A stretch of 64,000 nucleotides of DNA, taken from an uncultured Planctomycetaceae bacterium. GTDB lineage: Bacteria; Planctomycetota; Planctomycetia; Pirellulales; Lacipirellulaceae. The notes beneath the pieces are model-generated. The model ran no database searches. It was not told the DNA's origin and was given only the letters and a program-made list of their open reading frames with translations. The stretch is from contig CAZJWY010000001.1 of assembly GCA_964549545.1 (NCBI GenBank), positions 23,122 through 87,121 on the forward strand, read 5' to 3'. Positions 1 through 8,250 of the stretch are shown piece after piece. Both the position numbers and the translations under genes were made by a program. Each line of letters starts with the position of its first letter. Position 1 is the stretch's first letter.

Positions 1-250
1 CGGGCTAGTCGCAGGCGGCGTGGCAGTCTGGCATATGTCTTACGGTTTGATCGACCCACAGGTCGCATTATGACAAACTTATGCGGATTTTGCCGATGTT
101 GAAATCTTGACTTACAATCGGTGAATATCCTGAAAGCTGTGCGGTAATTGGACCCGAGAAAGCTATCGGCTGTCGGCTATCGGCCAGAAAAACAATAAGC
201 TCAATCGTTGCGCAGTCTTCAATAGAGGAAGTGCGATCTGCTCCTTTTCA

Positions 251-1381
251 ATGTTGTTCGTGAACTTTTCTTTACGCAACCCGACGTTCTTTTTGCTGAT
301 CGTGTCGCTGCTGGCGGCACGTCCCTGTGAAGCCGCAACGAGCTTTGCGGCCGGCGTGGCGACAGGCACGATTCAGAATGCGGCCATGAACGAGATATCG
401 GGAATCGCGGCGAGTCGTAGAAATGCGAACGTGCTGTGGGCGCACAACGACTCCGGCGATTCAGCGCGTGTGTTCGCGATGACGACGGCTGGCGCCACGC
501 TCGGCACTTACTCCATCACCGGTGCGAGCGCGTTGGATTGGGAGGACATTGCGGTTGGGCCAGGGCCAGTGCTCGGGACGCAGTACTTGTACTTGGGCGA
601 CATCGGCGACAACTTCGCAATCCGAATAGGCGGCATCTCGGTCTACCGAGTCGCTGAGCCCGTGGTGAGCGATACTCAATCGCCTGTGATGACGAGCCTC
701 TCTGGCACAGAGAAGATGACCTTCGTTTACCCAGATGGGCCGCGAGACACCGAGTCGATGTTCGTCGATCCGCAGACACGCGACATCTACTTCATCTCGA
801 AGCGCGAGAACCCGCATCGCGTCTACCGGGCTGCCTATCCGCAGGCGACAAGCGGTACGACCACGCTCGAATATGTGACGCAATTCAATCATCCCAACTG
901 GCTCACGGCCGGCGATATCAACGTGAGTGGCAACGAGATCATCGTGCGCGGCACGGAAAGCAGTTCTGGGCGGCTATTTGTGCGGCCTACCGATGGATCG
1001 ATCGCCGACGCATTCAATTCCACGCCATTCACAATCCCCTTGCGATCGGAAACGCAAGGCGAGGCAATCGGCTTTGATCCACGTGGTTGGGGCTACTACA
1101 CCACGAGCGAAGGCACAAACCAGCCGATCTATTACTTCGATCGTCTGCCGCATGGCGACTTCGATCACAATGGGGTTGTGGACACAAGGGACTACGTCGT
1201 GTGGCGAAAGGGCTTGGGAAGCATCTACCAGACGGCCGACTTCGATGCCTGGCGGTTGAATTTTGGCGCGACGGCGCCGGGGGCCGGAATGTCTTCGGAA
1301 CTTGTGCCCGAACCTGCTTGGCTGGCAACCCTGTTGGCGTTGCTCTTTTTGTCTCGTGTGCGGCGATCCGTTGGCGATTAA
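251..1381 (+). CDS. Secreted protein with dockerin-like repeat and PEP-CTERM-type C-terminal sorting signal
   Basis: Signal-peptide-like N-terminus (FFLLIVSLLAARPCEA). Dockerin/EF-hand-like DFDHNGVVDTRDYVVWRKGLG. C-terminus is VPEP + hydrophobic helix + RVRRS. Confidence 0.75.
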   Translation: MLFVNFSLRNPTFFLLIVSLLAARPCEAATSFAAGVATGTIQNAAMNEISGIAASRRNANVLWAHNDSGDSARVFAMTTAGATLGTYSITGASALDWEDIAVGPGPVLGTQYLYLGDIGDNFAIRIGGISVYRVAEPVVSDTQSPVMTSLSGTEKMTFVYPDGPRDTESMFVDPQTRDIYFISKRENPHRVYRAAYPQATSGTTTLEYVTQFNHPNWLTAGDINVSGNEIIVRGTESSSGRLFVRPTDGSIADAFNSTPFTIPLRSETQGEAIGFDPRGWGYYTTSEGTNQPIYYFDRLPHGDFDHNGVVDTRDYVVWRKGLGSIYQTADFDAWRLNFGATAPGAGMSSELVPEPAWLATLLALLFLSRVRRSVGD

Positions 1382-1387
1382 GCGACA

Positions 1388-1518
1388 GACCAGGGCAAAT
1401 TATCTTTATTCGTTTTTTGCAGGGGGCCGTGTTGCGGGAGATTCGGCCTGGCGGCCGACGCTAAACTGCGTTTGTTCTTTGATCTGCTGCGGAACGCAAT
1501 TTGGTAAGTTGCTCTAGG
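1388..1518. repeat. MITE-like interspersed repeat, copy A (131 bp)
   Basis: About 88% identical by eye to 10211-10342. Terminal inverted ends (CCAGGGCAA ... TTGCTCTAGG). Internal hairpin core TCGGCCTGGCGGCCGACGCTAAA. Confidence 0.7.
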
Positions 1519-1729
1519 AGCCAGAATGCAATCTTCGGTTGCCGCGCCGAGCGATTGCGGATCATCTCCATGCGTATAACAATGAAAGTGATGTAGATCG
1601 GTTGGTGGAAACGCTAACTTCTTTCGCATCGTAGCGTTTTGGCTGGCGGCTATCGGCTATCGGCTGTCGGCCAGAATCATCAGCGGCATTCTTGCCGATA
1701 GCCGAAGCTAATAGCCGAGTGCCCCCTCC

Positions 1730-2221
1730 ATGCCTCATCGTGCTGTTTATACCGGTTCGCTCGACCCGATCACGCTCGGGCACCTCAACGTCATCGAGCG
1801 CGGCAGTCGGCTTGTGGACGAATTGATCGTCGGCATCGGCACGAATATCGAAAAGCAGCCCCTGTTCACCGTCGAGGAACGCGTGGAACAAGTCGCGCGC
1901 GTGACGAAGTCCCTCGGAAACGTGAGCGTGCAGCAGTTTGCTGGCCTGGCCGTGCAGTTTGTGCGCGAGTGCGGGGCCCGGGTCATCGTGCGCGGCGTGC
2001 GCTCGCTCTCGGATATGGACGCCGAGTTCACCATGACGCTGGCCAACCGAAAGCTGGACTCGGGCATCGAGACCGTCTTCCTGATGGCGGACGAAGAGTT
2101 CTCGCACGTTTCCAGCTCGTTGATCAAGCAAATCACGCCGCTGGCAAGTGATGAGGAGCTGGCCCGCTTTGTGCCGTCCGTGATCGTTGCCGACTTGCGG
2201 AGAAAGCTGCAAGGTGCTTAG
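1730..2221 (+). CDS. coaD: Phosphopantetheine adenylyltransferase
   Basis: AVYTGSLDPITLGHLNVIERG, RGVRSLSDMDAEFTMTLANR and SSSLIKQI are colinear with E. coli CoaD; 163 aa. Confidence 0.95.
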   Translation: MPHRAVYTGSLDPITLGHLNVIERGSRLVDELIVGIGTNIEKQPLFTVEERVEQVARVTKSLGNVSVQQFAGLAVQFVRECGARVIVRGVRSLSDMDAEFTMTLANRKLDSGIETVFLMADEEFSHVSSSLIKQITPLASDEELARFVPSVIVADLRRKLQGA

Positions 2222-2285
2222 AGGAAACCGGACGCTAGCGCGTTCCGGCTGATTTTGATCAGCCGCAGGGTGCTCAGTTGGGTGG

Positions 2286-2349
2286 CATGGCCACTGCTTG
2301 GAGTGGCCATGTGCAGACTTCAGCATGCCCACGCAAAGCCGTGGGCATG
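2286..2349. terminator. Twin 9-bp-stem hairpins between convergent coaD and protease genes
   Basis: CATGGCCAC-N8-GTGGCCATG (2286-2311) and CATGCCCAC-N8-GTGGGCATG (2324-2349). No T-tract, so terminator function is inferred only. Confidence 0.35.
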
Positions 2350-2372
2350 GCACCCCTGCTGATTTGTGTCCG

Positions 2373-3497
2373 TCAGCGAATCATCTTCACTAGCCTCAAG
2401 GCAATACTCGTGAGCCCGACGGCTGCCAGCAATGTCTTGAGCGGATCATGCCACCCGTTCTCTGTGAGATTGTGCCAATCGCCTGCTTCCGCATGAGGCG
2501 AGTCGCCCGGCTGGCCCGCGGCAGACAGGGCAACGCCGGCAAGCTCCACTTGTGGCTTAGCGGCTGCCGACTGACCATTCGTTTTTGTAACATTCGCTGC
2601 CTGCGGTGGCGACCAAGGCGAGCTCGGATAGCTCGACAGCATTGCCGAAATGTTTGTGTCGTCTGTCGTGGTCGCGGCAGGCATCGCGCGATTTGCCACG
2701 GCGAGAGTCGCGGTCGTGGACTTCTCAAAATCGGGAACGGCGGTCGCGAGAAAGTGCCGCACTCGCGGTGCAAAACTGCCGAGCGTGCTCCCCTGCCCTG
2801 CCCCGAACAGGACGCCAGCCAGCTCACCCGATTGGTTGAAGATCGGCCCGCCGGAGTCGCCCTGACGGGCTTCGACATCCAACTCGACCATCTCGTGTGG
2901 ATAGTCGATGCGCGGAGAGAAATAGTTCGTGCAGCGACCGGTCGCAATACGGTATTGCCCTTGGCCGTAGCCATGGATGGTCAGGAAGTCTCCTTGCCTG
3001 GGTGGCTGCGTCGCAATCTTCACCGGTTCAACATTGGGCGGCCGCCAAATCACAAGCGCAGCTAGGTCCCAATCGGAGTCAACCTTCAGCGGCTTGGCCT
3101 GAGAGCGGTAGCCATTGGGAAAGACAACTTCGACCAGGCCGGTGCCATCGCGAACCACGTGCCAGTTCGTGATTACTAGCCCACGGTCTTGATTGACGCC
3201 GACAAGTGTTCCGCTGCCGAAAGCAGTCGCGCCCTCTTCGGGCACAATAATGCGGGCCACGGCCGGATGAGGTGTTACGTTGCCCGGAGCCGAATCGTAG
3301 ATCGGTCTTGAGCGTGGCCCAAAGAGCGACCAGGCAATCCGCGGACCACTTTCGACTGGCCCCTTGGCAAGCGTGGCCGGAGCAATCAGCAGCAAGCTAA
3401 CGACAGCAAATAGCGCGCGACGGAACACGCCGACGCAATGGCGGCGCCTACAGCAAACTGCCAAATTACGTGCCGTAGTAGACATCAAACAACACAA
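2373..3497 (-). CDS. Trypsin-like (S1) serine protease, secreted or membrane anchored
   Basis: Catalytic triad context TNWHVV ... DLAAL ... GDSGGPIF. N-terminal signal/TM and C-terminal hydrophobic helix. Start codon uncertain. Confidence 0.85.
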   Translation of the reverse strand: MCCLMSTTARNLAVCCRRRHCVGVFRRALFAVVSLLLIAPATLAKGPVESGPRIAWSLFGPRSRPIYDSAPGNVTPHPAVARIIVPEEGATAFGSGTLVGVNQDRGLVITNWHVVRDGTGLVEVVFPNGYRSQAKPLKVDSDWDLAALVIWRPPNVEPVKIATQPPRQGDFLTIHGYGQGQYRIATGRCTNYFSPRIDYPHEMVELDVEARQGDSGGPIFNQSGELAGVLFGAGQGSTLGSFAPRVRHFLATAVPDFEKSTTATLAVANRAMPAATTTDDTNISAMLSSYPSSPWSPPQAANVTKTNGQSAAAKPQVELAGVALSAAGQPGDSPHAEAGDWHNLTENGWHDPLKTLLAAVGLTSIALRLVKMIR

Positions 3498-3680
3498 GAG
3501 ATTTGAGATTTAGCGTCGGCCGCCAGGCCGAATCTCCAACCAGCACGCATCCCATCTGCGCGAAAAGAGTAACCTACTCTGTTATGGCAGACAGGAAGCT
3601 CTGTCCTATGAGGTTGTGAAAATCCCAAGCCGACGACATTACGCCGGCTTGGGAGCGAGTTTTATTTTTAGCTTCGACAC

Positions 3681-3920
3681 TCAACTCGCGTTCGGTCGCT
3701 GGTCGTGACGACGCGAGCGCTCGTTGTCGAGGATCATCCGCAGCAGGTGGGCGCGAACTTGCGTGCCCTTATCCTGACGCGGTTTTGTTCTGGAAATGGT
3801 TACTTGTCCCACGCGTGGCCGGGGCTTGTCGACACGACCTTTACCGGCCGAGGCAACAACCGGCGCGAGACGCGGGAACAACTTGACGATCGGGTTTGCA
3901 GGTTTCTGTTTGTGGAGCAT
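3681..3920 (-). CDS. Small highly basic hypothetical protein (79 aa)
   Basis: Strong Shine-Dalgarno (AAGGAG) about 8 nt upstream of the ATG. Lies 17 bp downstream of the RHH gene. No recognisable domain. Confidence 0.45.
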   Translation of the reverse strand: MLHKQKPANPIVKLFPRLAPVVASAGKGRVDKPRPRVGQVTISRTKPRQDKGTQVRAHLLRMILDNERSRRHDQRPNAS

Positions 3921-3937
3921 TGCGAGTCTCCTTTTCG

Positions 3938-4186
3938 CTAAGCAGCGATTGGTCGCCCGCCCTTCAAATCTTCGTCCCTTGGCGGAAAATCACAGCCGGC
4001 GTTGTAAGTGTCTTTAAGCCGTTGCAATTCGGCGCGAAAGGCGCGCTCGACCAGCTTTGTGAGCGTAAGTCGCAAGGGGTAGCCGCCCAAATGGACGGTC
4101 GCGTTGCGGGCTTCTTCCAGTAAGTCCTGCGGCAGGTAGAGGGTTGCACGAACCTTCGGCGATGCCGGGGGAAAATGACCGGACAT
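3938..4186 (-). CDS. Ribbon-helix-helix (CopG/Arc-like) DNA-binding protein
   Basis: KVRATLYLPQDLLEEARNA ... LTLTKLVERAFRAEL fits a beta-strand plus two helices (RHH pattern). GGGAG lies upstream of the ATG. Confidence 0.6.
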   Translation of the reverse strand: MSGHFPPASPKVRATLYLPQDLLEEARNATVHLGGYPLRLTLTKLVERAFRAELQRLKDTYNAGCDFPPRDEDLKGGRPIAA

Positions 4187-4586
4187 AATGGGCTCCCAAT
4201 AGCAGCGAGCGGTTTGGGATCGAATGGCAGGCAGGTGGCGGGAACGAACGTCCGTGCCAAAAGGTGGGCCAGGCCATCATGGCCTGGTACGGTTTCGCAC
4301 CGCAGCGGTCGGGCTCGCAGTTCTCGGCCGACTACAGTGCGGGGTAGGTCAGGCTTCAGCCTGACGCTCGCCAGCGTCAACAAGCTGTCAGGCGGAAGCC
4401 TGACCTACAGGAAGAGATCGGACGTTCGGTGATGAATCATCAAACGTCAGACGTTTCGGGTTAAGGTCGCCGCAGTGGGATTAAACGGCGAGTTGAGAGA
4501 AGTTTTTGTGCGCGTTACAGCTTGCCGGGATTGTGCCGCTAGAGTCACATCCACCGCAGGAGCGACCAGGTAGTTCTTTGGCCAAA

Positions 4587-6098
4587 TCAAAATGCCCATT
4601 GGAACTGGGTGTGGAACCCGGCCCCTTCATTATCGGGATTTACGAGGGCCTTATAATCCGTCTCACGCCATGTGAATTCGAATCCGACACGGAACGACTG
4701 GTTGAAGTCCCAGAGCAGGTTGGAATAAATCGTGCTATTGAAGGTTCGCCCCAACGCCGCTGCGGAATCCGCCACATCGCTGTCGAGCGGGTTGTCGACT
4801 GCATAGCCCGTGTGACTGTGCAGGCAAGGCGTCCAATAAAGGAAAGCTTCTAGCCAGCCACCTGTCGTGCGAATTCCCTCCAGAGTATCGGTGTTGACTT
4901 CTTGGAGAATAGCACCGTTGTAGGTGCCGAGGGTCTCGCCGGTATAGACTTCGCCCGCGAGGCCGAAATACCGAGTCATTTTCCAGCGGGCATCGACTGC
5001 AAGGCCCCATACATCTGCAACGACACGATCTGCGGGTGGCGCCGGCGTTGTGCGAACTTGTCCGACAACTCCGGAGAAGCCGACTTCAAGCGGGCGCAGT
5101 GCCGCCGCGCCAGTACCCTGAACTTCTCCCAACCCCAATGCGATCCGCCCTTCGACATTTGGCCAACCGTTGTCCTCACTGATGCCGAGTGTCGGGTCAA
5201 TTGTCGTCGTGATCGGCTCACTCAACGCGCCCTGCAGGGTCCATTGCGCATCGTTCGATACGTGGACAAATCGCTCAAGGCGTAACTGACCGCGGAATGA
5301 GTTGCCAGCGTTGCCGGATGCGGCCAAAGCCGAAAACGGGAGTACCGTCGGCATGCCTGGTGCGAAGACATCGAATTGCAAGCCGGCGGCCATACGCCAG
5401 TCTTCATTCTTCAGCTCACCATATGCCTGGAGCGGCAGAAACCCGTATTTGTCGGCAACCACGTTATCATTGAAGAGCATTCCAACAACCGTTCCACCGG
5501 ACTGAAAGTCGCCAATTTGCGGTCCGACGAGCGCCATGCCCAGCGTCGTTTGTCGAGCATGAATATCAACGGTGTTCTGGTCGAGGCCCGTCAGTGAGTC
5601 TGGCGCAAGGAAAAAGGGGACGCCGGGCGACACGGGACGCGCTTGGTTAAACAGCATGTCGAGCTTCAAAGCACCAAAGAAATAAATGTTGTAGTAGGGA
5701 TTCAGCGTCGTAGCGTGTGGGCACTCCACGCACGGGGCGGGAGTGAGCGGGCATTGGCATGGATAGCACCTGCAGCAAGAGTACGTCGCGCCGCTTCCCT
5801 CGGTGCATCCCTCCAGTCCGATGTTATCGCCGTCTTCTAGTGCGGACTGATCCGCGGTCTCGCCCGTATCGAATGACAGCAGCCGAAAGTGGCTGTCGGA
5901 CATCAGATCGGTTACGGGGCGCTCGACCCAGGCATCTTCAACGCCGCGCTCTTGGAGTAGCGGCTGCGGTGCTTTTGTGAGGGATACCAGAGAATACGGT
6001 GGTTGCGCGATGGCGCCCGTGCTCCCGATCTGCAACAAACCGAAGAATGCTCCGACCAAAAGCAACTGACGCGTCATTAGAGGTAGACGACCGGTCAC
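4587..6098 (-). CDS. Outer-membrane beta-barrel (porin-like) protein with Cys-rich N-terminal module
   Basis: Signal peptide (LLLVGAFFGLLQIGSTGAIAQ). Alternating beta-strand pattern. C-terminal ...HTQFQWAF with terminal Phe, typical of OMPs. Confidence 0.7.
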   Translation of the reverse strand: MTGRLPLMTRQLLLVGAFFGLLQIGSTGAIAQPPYSLVSLTKAPQPLLQERGVEDAWVERPVTDLMSDSHFRLLSFDTGETADQSALEDGDNIGLEGCTEGSGATYSCCRCYPCQCPLTPAPCVECPHATTLNPYYNIYFFGALKLDMLFNQARPVSPGVPFFLAPDSLTGLDQNTVDIHARQTTLGMALVGPQIGDFQSGGTVVGMLFNDNVVADKYGFLPLQAYGELKNEDWRMAAGLQFDVFAPGMPTVLPFSALAASGNAGNSFRGQLRLERFVHVSNDAQWTLQGALSEPITTTIDPTLGISEDNGWPNVEGRIALGLGEVQGTGAAALRPLEVGFSGVVGQVRTTPAPPADRVVADVWGLAVDARWKMTRYFGLAGEVYTGETLGTYNGAILQEVNTDTLEGIRTTGGWLEAFLYWTPCLHSHTGYAVDNPLDSDVADSAAALGRTFNSTIYSNLLWDFNQSFRVGFEFTWRETDYKALVNPDNEGAGFHTQFQWAF

Positions 6099-6580
6099 GA
6101 CTACACCCCTTTAAGACAAGCGGTTCGGGTGGTTCATGTGCATGAATTTGTCGGCATTTGCGGAAATGCCGCTATTCCCCCCACGGCATGTACATCAGGC
6201 ATAATCGGAATAGGCCACCACGCGCAGCATTGTTGTACGGAAAAGTCCGATTATTCCGTTGCGCAATTCCACCCAATCGTTAAATACCTCCAGTTGGTGC
6301 TAGCATCACGTCGAATTAGCGCCGAACTGAGCGCGTTATAGGGCAGAAAAACTGCAAAGTAGCAGGCGCACTCTGTGTGCCTTATTTTATCCAGCTCGTC
6401 GTGGGCTTACGGAAAGGCCTGCATTTGAAAACGCAATGTTGAGCCGCCGCTCAATGAGGCGAAAGTGCATAAATTCCTGAAGGGGAATTTTGCGCAGCAA
6501 GGTGCGAGGCAACGAAAAGAGGGGGCCGAAGTCGATGCGCGTTAAGAAGTGAAGTAATGCCCCTCTCCACTGGACTTGCG

Positions 6581-8095
6581 TTAGGTTGCGACTAACTCGG
6601 CGGCGAGGATGGCGTGGACGAGGCCCTCGGTTGTGTAGGTTTCGGCTACAATTGCCGGCGAGAAACCAAGTTCGGTGAGGGCTGAGGCTGTCAGTGGGCT
6701 AATCACGGCGAGACGGGTTTTTGCCAGATCGTCACCGAAAAGCCGAACGAGGCTGCGAGCAATGGCGGAACTGGTGACGATTGTAATGTCGATACGGCCA
6801 GCGGCTAGTTCGTGGGCAATGTCTTCGCGGGCTGTTTTTACGTCGTTGCTTTCGTAAGCCACAGCCTGTTCGACAGTTGCGCCAGCGGCAATGAGCATTT
6901 CAGCAAGAACCTCGCGGCCGCGGCTTGCACGGACGAGCAGAACTTTTTTGCCTCGCACTTGTGGTTCGAGCGATTCGGCTAATGACTCGGCGCGGTGGGA
7001 GTCTGGCTGCAAGTCGGCATGGATGTGAAATTCTGCTAGAGTAGCGGCGGTCCCAGGGCCAATTGCAGCGAGGCGCAGGTTGGCGAGGCGGCGCATGTCG
7101 TGGCCCAATGACAGGATGCGGCCGAGAAAGAACTCGACGCCGTTGCTGCTGGAGAAGACGAGCCAGTCGAATTCGGGCAGACGTTTAATGGCTGCGTCAA
7201 TCGCGGCCCAATCGGCCGGCGGGCCGATTTCGATGGCTGGCTGGCGCAAAACGTTCGCACCCAGGTTGCGAAGGCGGATGGCTACGTCGTCGGATTGATG
7301 TTTGGGGCGGGTGATAAGCACCGTTCGTCCGAATAGTGGCCGGGTGGTGAACCAGTTGGCGATGTCGCGCGGCTTGGCGACTTCGCCGACAACGACGACT
7401 GCCGGCGGGCGGAGTTTGTTCTTGCTGACAAACTCGCCTAGTTTGCCGAGAGTTGTGAAATAAGTCTGTTGATCGGGCAGCGAGCAGCGACGCACAATTG
7501 CGACCGGCGTGGTCGGTGACTTTCCTTGTTCAATCAGAGAGCGGCTCCATGTGGTGGCCGTGGTGATGCCCATGTAGAACACAAGCGTGCCGGGAAAGCT
7601 GGCGAGCGCGGCGTAGTCGAGTTCATCCGCTGACTTGTCATGCCTTTCCTGACCAGTGACGAAGGCTACACAAGATGCTTCGTCTCGATCGGTGAGAGGG
7701 AGGCTGGCATGGCTGCTGGCGGCCTGGGCGGCCGTGACGCCGGGAACGATTTCGTACGGCACTCCGGCGGCATTGAGCGCGGCGAGCTCCTCGGCAAGAC
7801 GTGCGAAGATGGCCGGGTCGCCCCCCTTGAGCCGGACGACCGTGCGGCCAGCCTTGGCGTGGCGTACCATTATCTCGTTGATTTCGGCCTGGGACATGAG
7901 CCGGCCGTGACCATGGCGACCGAGGCAGATGCGCTGGGCATCTCCGCGACAATGCGAGAGCAACTCCGGACTGGCGAGATAGTCGTAGAGAACAACATCG
8001 GCAGCGCGGAGGCACTCGGCGCCGCGGAGCGTCAACAGGCCGGGATCGCCGGGACCGGCGCCGACGAGATAAACTCGGCCGTGTGGATTAGACAT
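6581..8095 (-). CDS. cobA: Uroporphyrinogen-III C-methyltransferase fused to uroporphyrinogen-III synthase
   Basis: N-terminal VYLVGAGPGDPGLLTLRG SUMT motif; C-terminal ~240 aa are HemD-like; 504 aa. Confidence 0.9.
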   Translation of the reverse strand: MSNPHGRVYLVGAGPGDPGLLTLRGAECLRAADVVLYDYLASPELLSHCRGDAQRICLGRHGHGRLMSQAEINEIMVRHAKAGRTVVRLKGGDPAIFARLAEELAALNAAGVPYEIVPGVTAAQAASSHASLPLTDRDEASCVAFVTGQERHDKSADELDYAALASFPGTLVFYMGITTATTWSRSLIEQGKSPTTPVAIVRRCSLPDQQTYFTTLGKLGEFVSKNKLRPPAVVVVGEVAKPRDIANWFTTRPLFGRTVLITRPKHQSDDVAIRLRNLGANVLRQPAIEIGPPADWAAIDAAIKRLPEFDWLVFSSSNGVEFFLGRILSLGHDMRRLANLRLAAIGPGTAATLAEFHIHADLQPDSHRAESLAESLEPQVRGKKVLLVRASRGREVLAEMLIAAGATVEQAVAYESNDVKTAREDIAHELAAGRIDITIVTSSAIARSLVRLFGDDLAKTRLAVISPLTASALTELGFSPAIVAETYTTEGLVHAILAAELVAT

Positions 8096-8250
8096 GTTAT
8101 ATCGCCCGAACTATTTTGCTCTCCATAACTTACGGTAATAGATAAGATTGTGCGATGTAAGCCGCTTGGTAGAATGAAAGTATCTTGCTCCGTTGGAGCG
8201 AATAGATACAGGCGGCGGTTGGTTCGCTGCCAACTCAGGGCCATCTACAC

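Noticed and set aside
1562-2353. 263-aa ORF on the minus strand
   Set aside because: It is fully antisense to the well-supported coaD gene and has an Arg/His/Gly-rich composition typical of GC-rich shadow frames.
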